Assembly (NCBI GenBank): GCA_036667395.1
Contig: JAVWUC010000005.1
Coordinates: 1,870 to 65,869, forward strand
Reading direction: 5' to 3'
Source: Cetobacterium sp.
GTDB lineage: Bacteria; Fusobacteriota; Fusobacteriia; Fusobacteriales; Fusobacteriaceae
DNA: 64,000 bases
Part shown: piece after piece, positions 49,501 through 62,004 of the stretch
How positions within the stretch are numbered: the stretch's first letter is position 1
How the letters are laid out: each line of letters opens with the position of its first letter
Notes under the pieces: model-generated
The model's database searches: none
Seen by the model: only the letters and a program-made list of their open reading frames with translations
What the model was told of the DNA's origin: nothing
Translations under genes and position numbers: made by a program

Positions 49501-50222
49501 AATTTATAAAAACTAGAGGACTAGTTATTAGAAAAAGAGATACTGGAGAAGCGGATAGAATAATTACGGTTTTTTCAGAAAACTTTGGGAAAATTGATCT
49601 TTTAGTTAAAGGAATTAGAAAAAGTAGAAAAAGAGATCAAAGTTCGGCAGATTTATTGACTCTATCTAATTTTACTTTTTATAAAAAAGGTGATAATTAT
49701 ATACTGAGTACAATAGACTCTATTGATTTTTTTTATGACTTAAAAACGAATATTGAAAAACTTGAGATAACATCATATATTCTTTCAATTGTAAATGAGG
49801 TTATTCTTCCAGGTGAGAGAAAAAAAGAGTTCTTTTTAAGATTAAAAAAAGCATTGGATTTTATTATAGAAAATGATGGTTATAGAAATTATTTAATGAC
49901 TTTAAAGATGATGAACTGGATTATAAAAAATGAAGGGTATCAAATAACTATAGATGGCGAAAAATATTTTAGTATTTCAGAATCAATGATACTAAATGAT
50001 TCAAATGAAAAAGTAATACCTCTAAAAAAAGAATTGTTTGATATTCTCAGTTCTATTGAAAAGAAAGAGAAAATATTTTTAGATAGTAAAAACGGAAAGA
50101 CTGATTTAATAGAAGCAATTTTATTATATGAAAAATACTTGAATTATCATTTAGACATAAGATTAAATCTAAAGAAACATTTATTGGAGGGTACTCATGT
50201 TAAACATAGTGAAAATAACTGA
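49497..50222 (+). CDS. recO: DNA repair protein RecO
   Basis: N-terminal OB-fold pattern TRGLVIRKRDTGEADRIITVFSENFGKIDLLVKGIRKSRKR. 241 aa. Confidence 0.8.
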   Translation: MKFIKTRGLVIRKRDTGEADRIITVFSENFGKIDLLVKGIRKSRKRDQSSADLLTLSNFTFYKKGDNYILSTIDSIDFFYDLKTNIEKLEITSYILSIVNEVILPGERKKEFFLRLKKALDFIIENDGYRNYLMTLKMMNWIIKNEGYQITIDGEKYFSISESMILNDSNEKVIPLKKELFDILSSIEKKEKIFLDSKNGKTDLIEAILLYEKYLNYHLDIRLNLKKHLLEGTHVKHSENN

Positions 50223-50667
50223 CTACATGTCAGAAGATTTAGTATCGCTTGATTTAAAAGCTAAAAATAAGGATGAAGCTTTAAAAGAACTGTCAGATTT
50301 AATAGGAAAATCAGATAGAATTAAAGTTAAGGAAAGTATTTACAAAGCTCTTTTAGAGAGAGAAGTTTTAGGAAGTACTGGTATAGGAAAGGGTGTAGCA
50401 ATACCCCATGCTAAAACGGATGCAGCTCAAGGATTAACAATTGCTTTTGGTGTAAGTAGAGAGGGAATCGATTTCAAATCTTTAGATAAAGAAAAAGTAA
50501 AAATATTCTTTGTTTTTGCATCACCTTTTAAAGATAGTCAAGTTTATTTAAAAGTATTAGCAAGAATTTCAAGACTTATAAGAGATGAAAAATTTAGAGA
50601 GAAGCTTTTAAGTTGTGGAAATTCAAAAGAAATTTTGGATTGTATAAATAAAGAAGAGGCTTTATAG
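50197..50667 (+). CDS. PTS EIIA type-2 (fructose/mannitol/Ntr family) protein, stand-alone
   Basis: GIGKGVAIPHAK phospho-His motif. 156 aa. GGAGGG RBS. Overlaps the recO 3' end by 26 nt. Confidence 0.8.
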   Translation: MLNIVKITDYMSEDLVSLDLKAKNKDEALKELSDLIGKSDRIKVKESIYKALLEREVLGSTGIGKGVAIPHAKTDAAQGLTIAFGVSREGIDFKSLDKEKVKIFFVFASPFKDSQVYLKVLARISRLIRDEKFREKLLSCGNSKEILDCINKEEAL

Positions 50668-50675
50668 GAGAGAGT

Positions 50676-51137
50676 ATGAGATGTCCATTTTGTAATAGTG
50701 AAGACACAAAAGTAATAGATAGTAGAGCATTTCCTGAGAATAATTCTATAAAAAGAAGAAGAGAATGTAATAGTTGCGAAAGAAGATTCACAACATATGA
50801 GAGAATCGAAGAAAATCCAATCTATGTTGTTAAAAAAAATAAAAGTAGGGAAAGATTTAATAAAGAAAAGCTTTTAAGGGGATTAGAAAGAGCTACTAAC
50901 AAAAGGAATATTAGCAGAGATGACTTAGAAAAATTTATTGCCGAAGTGGAAAAAGTAATACAAAACACTTTAAAAAATGAGATAACTACACAGGAGTTAG
51001 GGGAACTTGTATTAGAAAAACTGAAGAGTTTAGATGAAGTAGCTTATGTTAGATTCGCATCAGTATATAAAGAATTTGATGATATAAAATCATTTATTGA
51101 TACAGTTGAAGATATTAAAAAGGATAAAAAAATATGA
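50676..51137 (+). CDS. nrdR: Transcriptional repressor NrdR
   Basis: MRCPFCNSEDTKVIDSR ... CNSCERRFTTYE zinc ribbon plus an ATP-cone. Confidence 0.95.
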   Translation: MRCPFCNSEDTKVIDSRAFPENNSIKRRRECNSCERRFTTYERIEENPIYVVKKNKSRERFNKEKLLRGLERATNKRNISRDDLEKFIAEVEKVIQNTLKNEITTQELGELVLEKLKSLDEVAYVRFASVYKEFDDIKSFIDTVEDIKKDKKI

Positions 51138-51565
51138 AAGTATTAGTGATAAATGGACCAAATTTAAATTTTTTAGGAATAAGAGAACCTGAAGTATATG
51201 GTTTAAAAACTCTAAAAGAGTTGAATGAGGAGATTGAGATTTTGGGGAAAAGATTAGAAATAGAAGTGAACTTTTATCAATCTAATCATGAGGGGCAAAT
51301 AATAGATAAAATACAAGAAAGCTATAATGTAATAGACTATTTAATCATTAATCCAGGAGCATTGACTCATTATGGAATAGGAATAAGAGATGCCATTCTA
51401 TCTACAGGAATAAAAACTATAGAGGTACACTTATCTAATGTTTATTCGAGAGAAGAGTTTAGACACAAATCTATCATATCAGATATCGCTGTTGGAAAGA
51501 TAACAGGATTTGGCTCAGAGAGTTATAAAATGGCTCTTCACTACTTAAATAGTTTAAAAAAATAG
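51134..51565 (+). CDS. aroQ: Type II 3-dehydroquinate dehydratase
   Basis: VINGPNLNFLGIREPEVYG, SNHEG, INPGALTHY and EVHLSN motifs. ATGA overlap with nrdR. Confidence 0.95.
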   Translation: MKVLVINGPNLNFLGIREPEVYGLKTLKELNEEIEILGKRLEIEVNFYQSNHEGQIIDKIQESYNVIDYLIINPGALTHYGIGIRDAILSTGIKTIEVHLSNVYSREEFRHKSIISDIAVGKITGFGSESYKMALHYLNSLKK

Positions 51566-51573
51566 GAGGCAAC

Positions 51574-52506
51574 ATGAGAATTTTATTTATGGGAACGCCT
51601 GAATTTGCTGTTCCATCATTAGATAAGCTAAGAGAAAAGCATGAAATTATAGGTATATTTACAAAAGTGGATAAACCAAATACAAGAGGTGGAAAAATTA
51701 AATATACACCAGTAAAGGAGTATGGAATAAACAATAACATTCCAGTATTTCAACCAAATTCATTAAAAACAGATGAAACTTTTGAAATAATAAAAGAGTT
51801 AAATCCAGATTTAATAGTGGTTGTAGCATATGGGAAAATTATTCCAAATAACATAATAGATTTTCCAAAATATGGAATAATAAATGTTCATTCTTCTTTG
51901 CTACCAAAATTTAGAGGGGCAGCTCCAATAAATGCAGCTATAATAGCTGGAGAAAAAGAAACTGGAGTAACAATAATGGATATTGCAGAAGAGTTAGATG
52001 CAGGAGATATAATATTAAAAGGAGTAACTCCTATCTATGAAGAAGATACATTCTTAACACTTCATGATAGATTAAAAGAGATTGGGGCTCAAAAATTAAT
52101 TGAGGCTGTTGATCAAATAGAAAAGGGAACAGCTAAGAGAGAAGCTCAAAATCCTGCAGAAGTAACTTTTGTAAAACCATATAAAAAGAGCGATTGTATC
52201 ATTGATTGGAGTAAAACAGAAGAAGAAGTATTTGATTTTATAAGGGGAATGAATCCTTTTCCTACTGCTTATACACATCACAATGATAAAATATTAAAAA
52301 TATATGCGGTAGAGAAAAATAAAAGAGTTTATGAAAATGGCGTTTTTGGCGAAATAGTAGATTCGATAAAAGGTAAAGGGTTTGTAGTAAAGGTAAAGAA
52401 TGGTAGTATTATATTAACGAATATAAAGCCAGAAAATAAGAAAAATATATCAGGTAATGATAGTATAAACGGGAATATTTTAAAAATGGGTGAGGTTTTA
52501 AAATAA
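51574..52506 (+). CDS. fmt: Methionyl-tRNA formyltransferase
   Basis: RILFMGTPEFAVPSL, INVHSSLLPKFRGAAPI. 310 aa. Confidence 0.95.
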   Translation: MRILFMGTPEFAVPSLDKLREKHEIIGIFTKVDKPNTRGGKIKYTPVKEYGINNNIPVFQPNSLKTDETFEIIKELNPDLIVVVAYGKIIPNNIIDFPKYGIINVHSSLLPKFRGAAPINAAIIAGEKETGVTIMDIAEELDAGDIILKGVTPIYEEDTFLTLHDRLKEIGAQKLIEAVDQIEKGTAKREAQNPAEVTFVKPYKKSDCIIDWSKTEEEVFDFIRGMNPFPTAYTHHNDKILKIYAVEKNKRVYENGVFGEIVDSIKGKGFVVKVKNGSIILTNIKPENKKNISGNDSINGNILKMGEVLK

Positions 52507-52528
52507 AAAAAAATGGGGGAGCATTACG

Positions 52529-53179
52529 ATGAAAAATTTAGAAAAAAAAGAAAAGATTTCCAAGAAAACAATTCAAAGGTTAACAATGTATTTAAAATGT
52601 TTGGACAAATTTTCACCAGAGGATTATATCTCATCAGAAGAGATGGGAGTTTTACTTGGAGTTACAGCAGCACAGATAAGAAAAGATTTTTCGAATTTTA
52701 TAGGGGACATAGATTCGTGTGTTGGAATAAGAGGTAAAGGTTATAATGTAAAATGTCTTTACGAGATGATAGAAAGTATATTAGGTATAAATAAACAAAA
52801 TAATGTAATTATAGTTGGAGCAGGGAAATTAGGAAATGCCATTTTTTTAGAAGGGGATATTGAGAAGCCAAGATTTAATATTGTTGGAATCTTTGATATA
52901 ACTAAGAGTAGAATTGGAAAAGAGTATAAAGGAATAAAAATAAGTAGTGTTAGTGATATTCCAAAGCTTGCTCTAGAGCAAAAAATTGATATGGCAATAA
53001 TAACAGAGAATAAGTCTATAGCACAACAAGTTACTGATATAGTTATTCAATCTGGAATTAAGGCAATATTAAATATGACACCTTTAGAAATAAAAGTTCC
53101 AAAAGATGTTGTAATAGAGCACATAGACCTAAACAGAAAATTGCAAGAACTGAATTACTGGAAAGAAAAGGCGGAATAG
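52529..53179 (+). CDS. rex: Redox-sensing transcriptional repressor Rex
   Basis: N-terminal winged helix (ISKKTIQRLTMYLKCL) and a Rossmann domain with VGAGKLGNA. 216 aa. Confidence 0.9.
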   Translation: MKNLEKKEKISKKTIQRLTMYLKCLDKFSPEDYISSEEMGVLLGVTAAQIRKDFSNFIGDIDSCVGIRGKGYNVKCLYEMIESILGINKQNNVIIVGAGKLGNAIFLEGDIEKPRFNIVGIFDITKSRIGKEYKGIKISSVSDIPKLALEQKIDMAIITENKSIAQQVTDIVIQSGIKAILNMTPLEIKVPKDVVIEHIDLNRKLQELNYWKEKAE

Positions 53180-53181
53180 TA

Positions 53182-54036
53182 ATGAAAATTTTAGATGGTA
53201 AATATGTATCTCAAAAAGTTAGAGATTCAATAAAACAAGAGATATTAGAAATAAAGGAAAAAGAAGGAAAAGTTCCAGGGTTAGCAGTAATACAAGCAGG
53301 AGATAATTTAGCATCTAAAATTTATGTTAATTCAAAAATAAAGCAGTGTGCAGAGGTAGGTATAGAGTCAAAAAACTTTATAATGCCTGCAGATGTAAGT
53401 GAAAAAGAGCTATTAGATAAAATAGAAGAACTTAATAACGATGATACAATAGATGGAATTTTAGTCCAATTACCTCTACCAGATCATATAGATACACCAA
53501 AAGTAATAGAAGCAATTGAGATAGGAAAAGATGTTGATGGATTTAAACCTGAAAATCTAGGAAAAGTTGTTTTAGGAGATGAAACTGCACTAATCTCTTG
53601 TACACCAGCGGGAATATTAAGACTATTTGAAGAATATAATATAGATTTAGAAGGAAAAGATGTTGTAGTAATTGGAAGAAGTAATATAGTTGGGAAACCA
53701 ATGACTGCCCTTTTAATTAACGAAGGTGCAACAGTAACCGTTTGTAACAGTAAGACAAAAAATATTTCTGAAAAAACAAAAACAGCGGATGTTATAATAG
53801 TAGCAGTGGGAAAAGCTAATTTTTTAACAGGAGATATGGTGAAAAAAGATGCTGTTATAATCGATGTTGGAATTAATAGAGATCAAAATAATAAGATTTG
53901 TGGAGATGTGGACTACGAAAGTGTAAAGGAAACAGTTGGTTTTATAACACCTGTTCCAGGGGGAGTAGGACCTATGACTATAGCAATGCTACTTAATAAT
54001 ACGTTAAAGGCGTTTAAAAGTGGAAAAAAAATATAG
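53182..54036 (+). CDS. folD: Bifunctional methylenetetrahydrofolate dehydrogenase / methenyl-THF cyclohydrolase
   Basis: ILDGK N-terminus, YVNSKIK, GILVQLPLP, GRSNIVGKP, PVPGGVGPMT. Confidence 0.95.
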   Translation: MKILDGKYVSQKVRDSIKQEILEIKEKEGKVPGLAVIQAGDNLASKIYVNSKIKQCAEVGIESKNFIMPADVSEKELLDKIEELNNDDTIDGILVQLPLPDHIDTPKVIEAIEIGKDVDGFKPENLGKVVLGDETALISCTPAGILRLFEEYNIDLEGKDVVVIGRSNIVGKPMTALLINEGATVTVCNSKTKNISEKTKTADVIIVAVGKANFLTGDMVKKDAVIIDVGINRDQNNKICGDVDYESVKETVGFITPVPGGVGPMTIAMLLNNTLKAFKSGKKI

Positions 54037-54049
54037 GGGAGAGATATTT

Positions 54050-54490
54050 ATGGATAAAAAAGAATATTATATTGTAGATAAAAGGATTTTACCAAATTCA
54101 ATTCAAAGTGTTATAAAGGTAAATGATATAGTTCAAGCAGAAAAGATCTCAAAATACGAAGCTATAAAAAGAGTTGGAATAAGTAGAAGTACTTATTATA
54201 AATATAAGGATTATATAAAACCATTCTTTGAAGGTGGGAAAGAAAAAGTATTCAGTATACATCTGTCTTTAGTTGACAGACCTGGAATTTTAGCTAGAGT
54301 TTTAGATATCATTGCAGGGGAAGAGATGAATATACTAACAATAGTTCAAAATATAGCGATAGACGGAATAAGCAGAGTGACAATTTCTATACAAACAACA
54401 GAAAATTTATTAAGAAAAATTGAAGAGATGTTAGAAAAGATTAGTTCACTAAGCTCTGTAAAGGAACTAAGAGTTATAGGAAGTAATTAA
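54050..54490 (+). CDS. UPF0735 ACT domain-containing protein (PheB-like)
   Basis: The start at ATG 54050 follows GGGGAGAG. Collinear with B. subtilis PheB as I recall it (SRSTYYKYKDYIKPF, then an ACT domain). Confidence 0.8.
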   Translation: MDKKEYYIVDKRILPNSIQSVIKVNDIVQAEKISKYEAIKRVGISRSTYYKYKDYIKPFFEGGKEKVFSIHLSLVDRPGILARVLDIIAGEEMNILTIVQNIAIDGISRVTISIQTTENLLRKIEEMLEKISSLSSVKELRVIGSN

Positions 54491-54499
54491 GGAGGAATA

Positions 54500-54955
54500 A
54501 TGAAGTTAGATTTAGAAACTATAAAAAAGTTAGCAAAGAGTATTGAAGAGCATAATTTATCGGAGATAACGGTTGAAGTAAACGGAACAAAGTTAACGAT
54601 GAAAAAAGAAGAGTTAAAACAAGAACTTGCTAACAGTATAAAATATGTAGAAAAGCAATCTACATATACTTCTAAAGAAGAAACTGTTGAAGAGACAACT
54701 AACGCAGAAGATATTATTGAAGGAAAAGATATAGTATCACCAATGGTAGGAACATTCTATTCAGCACCATCACCAGATTCTGAAGATTTTGTAAAAATAG
54801 GTGATAAAATTGAAGTAGGAGATACAGTGTGTATCGTAGAGGCAATGAAAATGATGAATGAAGTTAAATCTACAATTTCAGGAACTATAGTTGCTATAAA
54901 ATCAGAGAATGGAAAAGTTATAAAGAAGGGTGAAACACTATTTGTTGTAAAATAA
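54500..54955 (+). CDS. accB: Biotin carboxyl carrier protein (AccB-type)
   Basis: AccB-like N-terminal domain and a biotinyl domain with CIVEAMKMMNEV. 151 aa. Confidence 0.8.
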   Translation: MKLDLETIKKLAKSIEEHNLSEITVEVNGTKLTMKKEELKQELANSIKYVEKQSTYTSKEETVEETTNAEDIIEGKDIVSPMVGTFYSAPSPDSEDFVKIGDKIEVGDTVCIVEAMKMMNEVKSTISGTIVAIKSENGKVIKKGETLFVVK

Positions 54956-54981
54956 AGGAAAGCGTCAAGCTTTCCTTTTTC
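54955..54981 (+). terminator. Intrinsic terminator after accB
   Basis: GGAAAGC / GCTTTCC stem followed by TTTTT. Confidence 0.75.
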
Positions 54982-55074
54982 GTCTACCAGAATTAGACTT
55001 AGTTGTTTTTTCTGGAGAATTATGGTAGAATATTTGAGTATATAATATAAAAATAAGGAAGGTGTATTTTAAAG

Positions 55075-56334
55075 TTGGACACGTATAGTGATATTATTAT
55101 ATTAGTTGTTTTGATTTTATTATCAGGTTTTTTCTCTGCATCAGAAACGGCATTAACATCTTTTAAAACAACAGATTTAGAAGATATAGAAAAAACAAAT
55201 AAAAAAACAGCACATCTGTTGAAAAAATGGTTAAAAAGTCCAAATGAGATTTTAACAGGAATGCTTTTAGGTAATAATATAGTGAATATTCTGGGGTCAT
55301 CAATAGCGACAGCATTAGCTATTAACAGCATGGGAAATTCTCCTAGAAGCTTAGCAATTGTAACTGGAATCATGACAATTTTAATATTAATATTTGGAGA
55401 GATTACTCCTAAGATTATGGCAAAAAATAACTCGAAGTGGTTTTCTAAAATAGTTATAGGGCCTATGTATTATTTTGGGTTATTAATGAAACCAGTTGTG
55501 AAGATACTTATGTGGACTTCTATTTTAATAGGAAGAATTTTAGGTGTAGAGGTAAAAACAGAAAATATGATGTTTACAGAAGAGGATTTAATATCTTTTG
55601 TTAATGTGGGAGAGGCTGAAGGAATTATCGAAGAGGAAGAAAAAGAGATGATTCATTCAATAGTTGGATTAGGTGAGACTAACGCAAAAGAGATAATGAC
55701 TCCAAGAACATCAATGTTTGCAGTTGAGGGAAATAAAACCTTAGATGATATTTGGGAAGAGATGATTGAAGTTGGATTTTCTAGAATTCCAGTGTATGAA
55801 GAAACAATCGATAATATAATAGGAGTGCTTTATACAAAAGATGTACTTAATTATTTAAAGGGCCATACTACCGAAACGCAAGTTAAAGAATTAGTGAGAG
55901 AAGCTTATTTTGTTCCAGAAACAAAATCGATTATAGAAATACTTAAAGAATTTAAAAGTAAAAAAGTTCATATAGCATTAGTTTTGGATGAATATGGTGG
56001 AATTGGTGGAGTTGTTACAATTGAAGACTTACTTGAAGAGATTGTTGGAGAGATTCGAGATGAGTTTGATAATGAAGAAGAAGAAGCAATTGTAGAAATA
56101 GATGAAAACAGATACGAAATTGATGCTATGCTAGACATAGAAACAATAAATAAAAGTTTAAATATCGAGCTACCTACTTCTGATGACTATGAAAGTTTAG
56201 GTGGTTTAATGATGTCAGAACTTGGAAAAATACCTTCTATAGGTGACATAGTAGAGTTTGAAGATGTTAAATTAATAGTGGTAGAAGTTGAAAAGATGAG
56301 GGTATCTAAGGTAGAGATTGAAAGAGGAGAATAG
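55075..56334 (+). CDS. CNNM/CorC-type 'hemolysin family' membrane protein (DUF21 + CBS pair + CorC_HlyC), second paralogue
   Basis: Same three-part architecture as 3402-4706. The TTG start at 55075 is tentative. Confidence 0.8.
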   Translation: MDTYSDIIILVVLILLSGFFSASETALTSFKTTDLEDIEKTNKKTAHLLKKWLKSPNEILTGMLLGNNIVNILGSSIATALAINSMGNSPRSLAIVTGIMTILILIFGEITPKIMAKNNSKWFSKIVIGPMYYFGLLMKPVVKILMWTSILIGRILGVEVKTENMMFTEEDLISFVNVGEAEGIIEEEEKEMIHSIVGLGETNAKEIMTPRTSMFAVEGNKTLDDIWEEMIEVGFSRIPVYEETIDNIIGVLYTKDVLNYLKGHTTETQVKELVREAYFVPETKSIIEILKEFKSKKVHIALVLDEYGGIGGVVTIEDLLEEIVGEIRDEFDNEEEEAIVEIDENRYEIDAMLDIETINKSLNIELPTSDDYESLGGLMMSELGKIPSIGDIVEFEDVKLIVVEVEKMRVSKVEIERGE

Positions 56335-56335
56335 T

Positions 56336-56992
56336 ATGAAAAGAATAAAAGCTAGTTTTTATAGTGGTCTAATTGCGATTTTGCCAATTGTCATAACTAT
56401 TTATATTTTTAACTGGATATTTCAAATATTTTTAACTTTGTTGCAAGATTCATTTGTGACAGTAGGGATAAAAAGTTTAGTTTTACATACAGGACTTGCA
56501 AAAGAACAGGATTTATACTTTTACACAAGTATTTTAATTAATGTGTTATCATTTATAACCTTAGTTTTAATGCTTATAATAATAGGAACAGCTATGAGAG
56601 TCTTTCTATTCAAAAAAATAGGAGGATATTTAAATAATTTATTGATAAAAATTCCGTTATTTAGTCAAATATACAGTACAATAACTCAAATCATATCCCT
56701 TTTTGCTTCAGATAGACAAAAAGCATATCAAAAAGTAGTAATGTTTGAATATCCGAGAAAAGGAATATACAGTATTGGATTTATGACAGCAGATAGAAAT
56801 CATTTTGTTGAAAGTGAAACAAATGAACCTATGTGCAATGTGTTTTTACCGACGTCACCAAACCCAACTTCTGGAATGTTTATTGTTTTAAAAAAATCAG
56901 AAGTTATAATGGTAGATATAAAAGTCGACGATGCAATAAAATTAATAATTTCTGGAGGAGTTATTTTACCACCTAATAAAAAGGAGAACTAA
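56336..56992 (+). CDS. DUF502 family membrane protein
   Basis: The start at ATG 56336 follows GAGGAG. Two N-terminal TM helices and the conserved PTSPNPTSG motif typical of DUF502. Confidence 0.7.
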   Translation: MKRIKASFYSGLIAILPIVITIYIFNWIFQIFLTLLQDSFVTVGIKSLVLHTGLAKEQDLYFYTSILINVLSFITLVLMLIIIGTAMRVFLFKKIGGYLNNLLIKIPLFSQIYSTITQIISLFASDRQKAYQKVVMFEYPRKGIYSIGFMTADRNHFVESETNEPMCNVFLPTSPNPTSGMFIVLKKSEVIMVDIKVDDAIKLIISGGVILPPNKKEN

Positions 56993-57766
56993 ATGTGGAT
57001 ATACCTTTTTTTAATGTTTACCTTGGTAGGATGTAATAATTTGGATAAGAATGAAAGATCAAATGAAAAATATTTAGTTTTAAAGGGAGCAAATTTATAC
57101 TCTAGTGGTAAAAAAAGCGAAGCTTTAAAAATGTATACTGATGCATTAAAACTAAATCCTCAAAATTTAATAGCATTAAGAGAAAAAGGAATAATATTAG
57201 CACAATTGGGAGATTTAAAGTTAGGACAAAAAAATTTGGAAAAGGTATTAAAAGTTAATCCAAATGATACAATAGTTTTAAAAAATTTAGCATATATAAG
57301 TTTTAAAAAAAAGGATTATTCTAAAAGTTTTAATTATTTAGAAAAAATTCCAGCAGATTTAAAAAGTAGTCAAGATTATCTAATGTTAGGATATATTTTC
57401 TATTTGAAAAAAGATTATAGTAGAAGTTTAAAAAATTATAATTTGATAAGTAATAATATAATTTATAGCGATGCTATATTTTTTGATTCATATTTGAAAG
57501 TTTTAGAAGTCGAGTGTAACAAACCTATTCAAATTGAAGTTTTATTATTAGTTGAAGATAGAATAATCTATAGTAAAACTAATACTTTAATTTTATTTGA
57601 GTATTATAAAAATAATTTAAAAGAGTACAAATTAGCTGAAAGAGTAATGAAAAATTACTTAACATATAATAATTTAAACAATGAAATTTTAGAAAAACTA
57701 TCAAAGTTATATGATGAAATTGGAGAAAAAGAGCAAAGTCTAAAAACTTTAAAATTAATTTCATAA
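56993..57766 (+). CDS. Tetratricopeptide-repeat (TPR) lipoprotein
   Basis: Lipobox LVGC. TPR-like units (ALKMYTDALKLNPQNLIALREKG..., LEKVLKVNPND...). Confidence 0.6.
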   Translation: MWIYLFLMFTLVGCNNLDKNERSNEKYLVLKGANLYSSGKKSEALKMYTDALKLNPQNLIALREKGIILAQLGDLKLGQKNLEKVLKVNPNDTIVLKNLAYISFKKKDYSKSFNYLEKIPADLKSSQDYLMLGYIFYLKKDYSRSLKNYNLISNNIIYSDAIFFDSYLKVLEVECNKPIQIEVLLLVEDRIIYSKTNTLILFEYYKNNLKEYKLAERVMKNYLTYNNLNNEILEKLSKLYDEIGEKEQSLKTLKLIS

Positions 57767-57812
57767 TAATAGACAATAAGAATTTCAAAGTAGCAATTTA
57801 GGAGGAAATTAA

Positions 57813-58325
57813 ATGGATTTAAAAAAATATGTAGCATTAGTTGAGGATTATCCTAAGCCAGGTATTAAATTTAGAGATATAACACCTTTAATGGGGGATG
57901 GAGAGGCATATAGATATGCAACTGATAAAGTTGTTGAATTTGCAAAAGAAAACCATATAGATCTTGTTGTAGGACCAGAAGCTAGAGGATTTATATTTGG
58001 ATGTCCTGTATCATACGCATTAGGTGTAGGATTTGCTCCAGTTAGAAAACCTGGAAAATTACCAAGAGAAGTTGTTGAGTATGCTTATGATTTAGAATAT
58101 GGTTCAAACGTTTTATGTATGCATAAAGATTCAATCAAGCCAGGACAGAGAGTATTAATAGTTGATGACTTACTTGCAACTGGTGGAACTGTTGAGGCAA
58201 CAGTTAAACTAATTGAGGAGCTAGGTGGAGTTGTAGCAGGATTAGCATTTTTAATTGAACTTGAAGACCTAAATGGTAGAGACAAATTAGAAGGATATCC
58301 AGTACTAACTTTAATGAAGTATTAA
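57813..58325 (+). CDS. apt: Adenine phosphoribosyltransferase
   Basis: FRDITPL, and the [17 protein letters not shown]-binding motif. 170 aa. Confidence 0.95.
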   Translation: MDLKKYVALVEDYPKPGIKFRDITPLMGDGEAYRYATDKVVEFAKENHIDLVVGPEARGFIFGCPVSYALGVGFAPVRKPGKLPREVVEYAYDLEYGSNVLCMHKDSIKPGQRVLIVDDLLATGGTVEATVKLIEELGGVVAGLAFLIELEDLNGRDKLEGYPVLTLMKY

Positions 58326-58334
58326 TTAACTTTT

Positions 58335-58358
58335 AAGGCGACACTTTTGTGTCGCCTT
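58335..58358 (+). other. Perfect GC-rich 10-bp hairpin between apt and rel, with no U-tract
   Basis: AAGGCGACAC-TTTT-GTGTCGCCTT, followed by GTTCGTATAA rather than a T-run. Confidence 0.6.
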
Positions 58359-58390
58359 GTTCGTATAATATTAGAGAAAAGAGGTGTATT

Positions 58391-61746
<3,356 letters not shown>

Positions 61747-61753
61747 AAAAATA

Positions 61754-61793
61754 ACCGCAGAAAGTTATATTAATTTTCTGCGGTATTTTTTAT
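61754..61793. terminator. Bidirectional intrinsic terminator between tgt and the small minus-strand ORF
   Basis: ACCGCAGAAA / TTTCTGCGGT stem, with A-rich sequence upstream and ATTTTTTAT downstream. Confidence 0.75.
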
Positions 61794-61996
61794 ATCTTAG
61801 TAAATTTAAGTTTAAACTCTTCTTCTGAACGAACAAATAACATCTCTTTACCATTTTTATCTAGAACTTTGTCAGAAAAAACTCTATAAAGATACATATT
61901 TTGTCCATCTTGTTCATTTGTACAGTTTAAAATATTATAATTTATAACTTGGTATAATTTAGCATTTTTATTATTTTTCCAAAGGTTTTTATCCAT
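61790..61996 (-). CDS. Small hypothetical protein (possibly DUF1653-like)
   Basis: 68 aa counted from the Met that follows GGAG (MDKNLWKNNK...). Immediately downstream of ansA. The family guess is weak. Confidence 0.35.
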   Translation of the reverse strand: MDKNLWKNNKNAKLYQVINYNILNCTNEQDGQNMYLYRVFSDKVLDKNGKEMLFVRSEEEFKLKFTKI

Positions 61997-62004
61997 GTTC
62001 ACTC

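Noticed and set aside
61772-61786. A CodY-box-like string (AATTTTCTG...).
   Set aside because: It matches only about half of the 15-nt consensus, and it forms the 3' arm of the tgt terminator stem.
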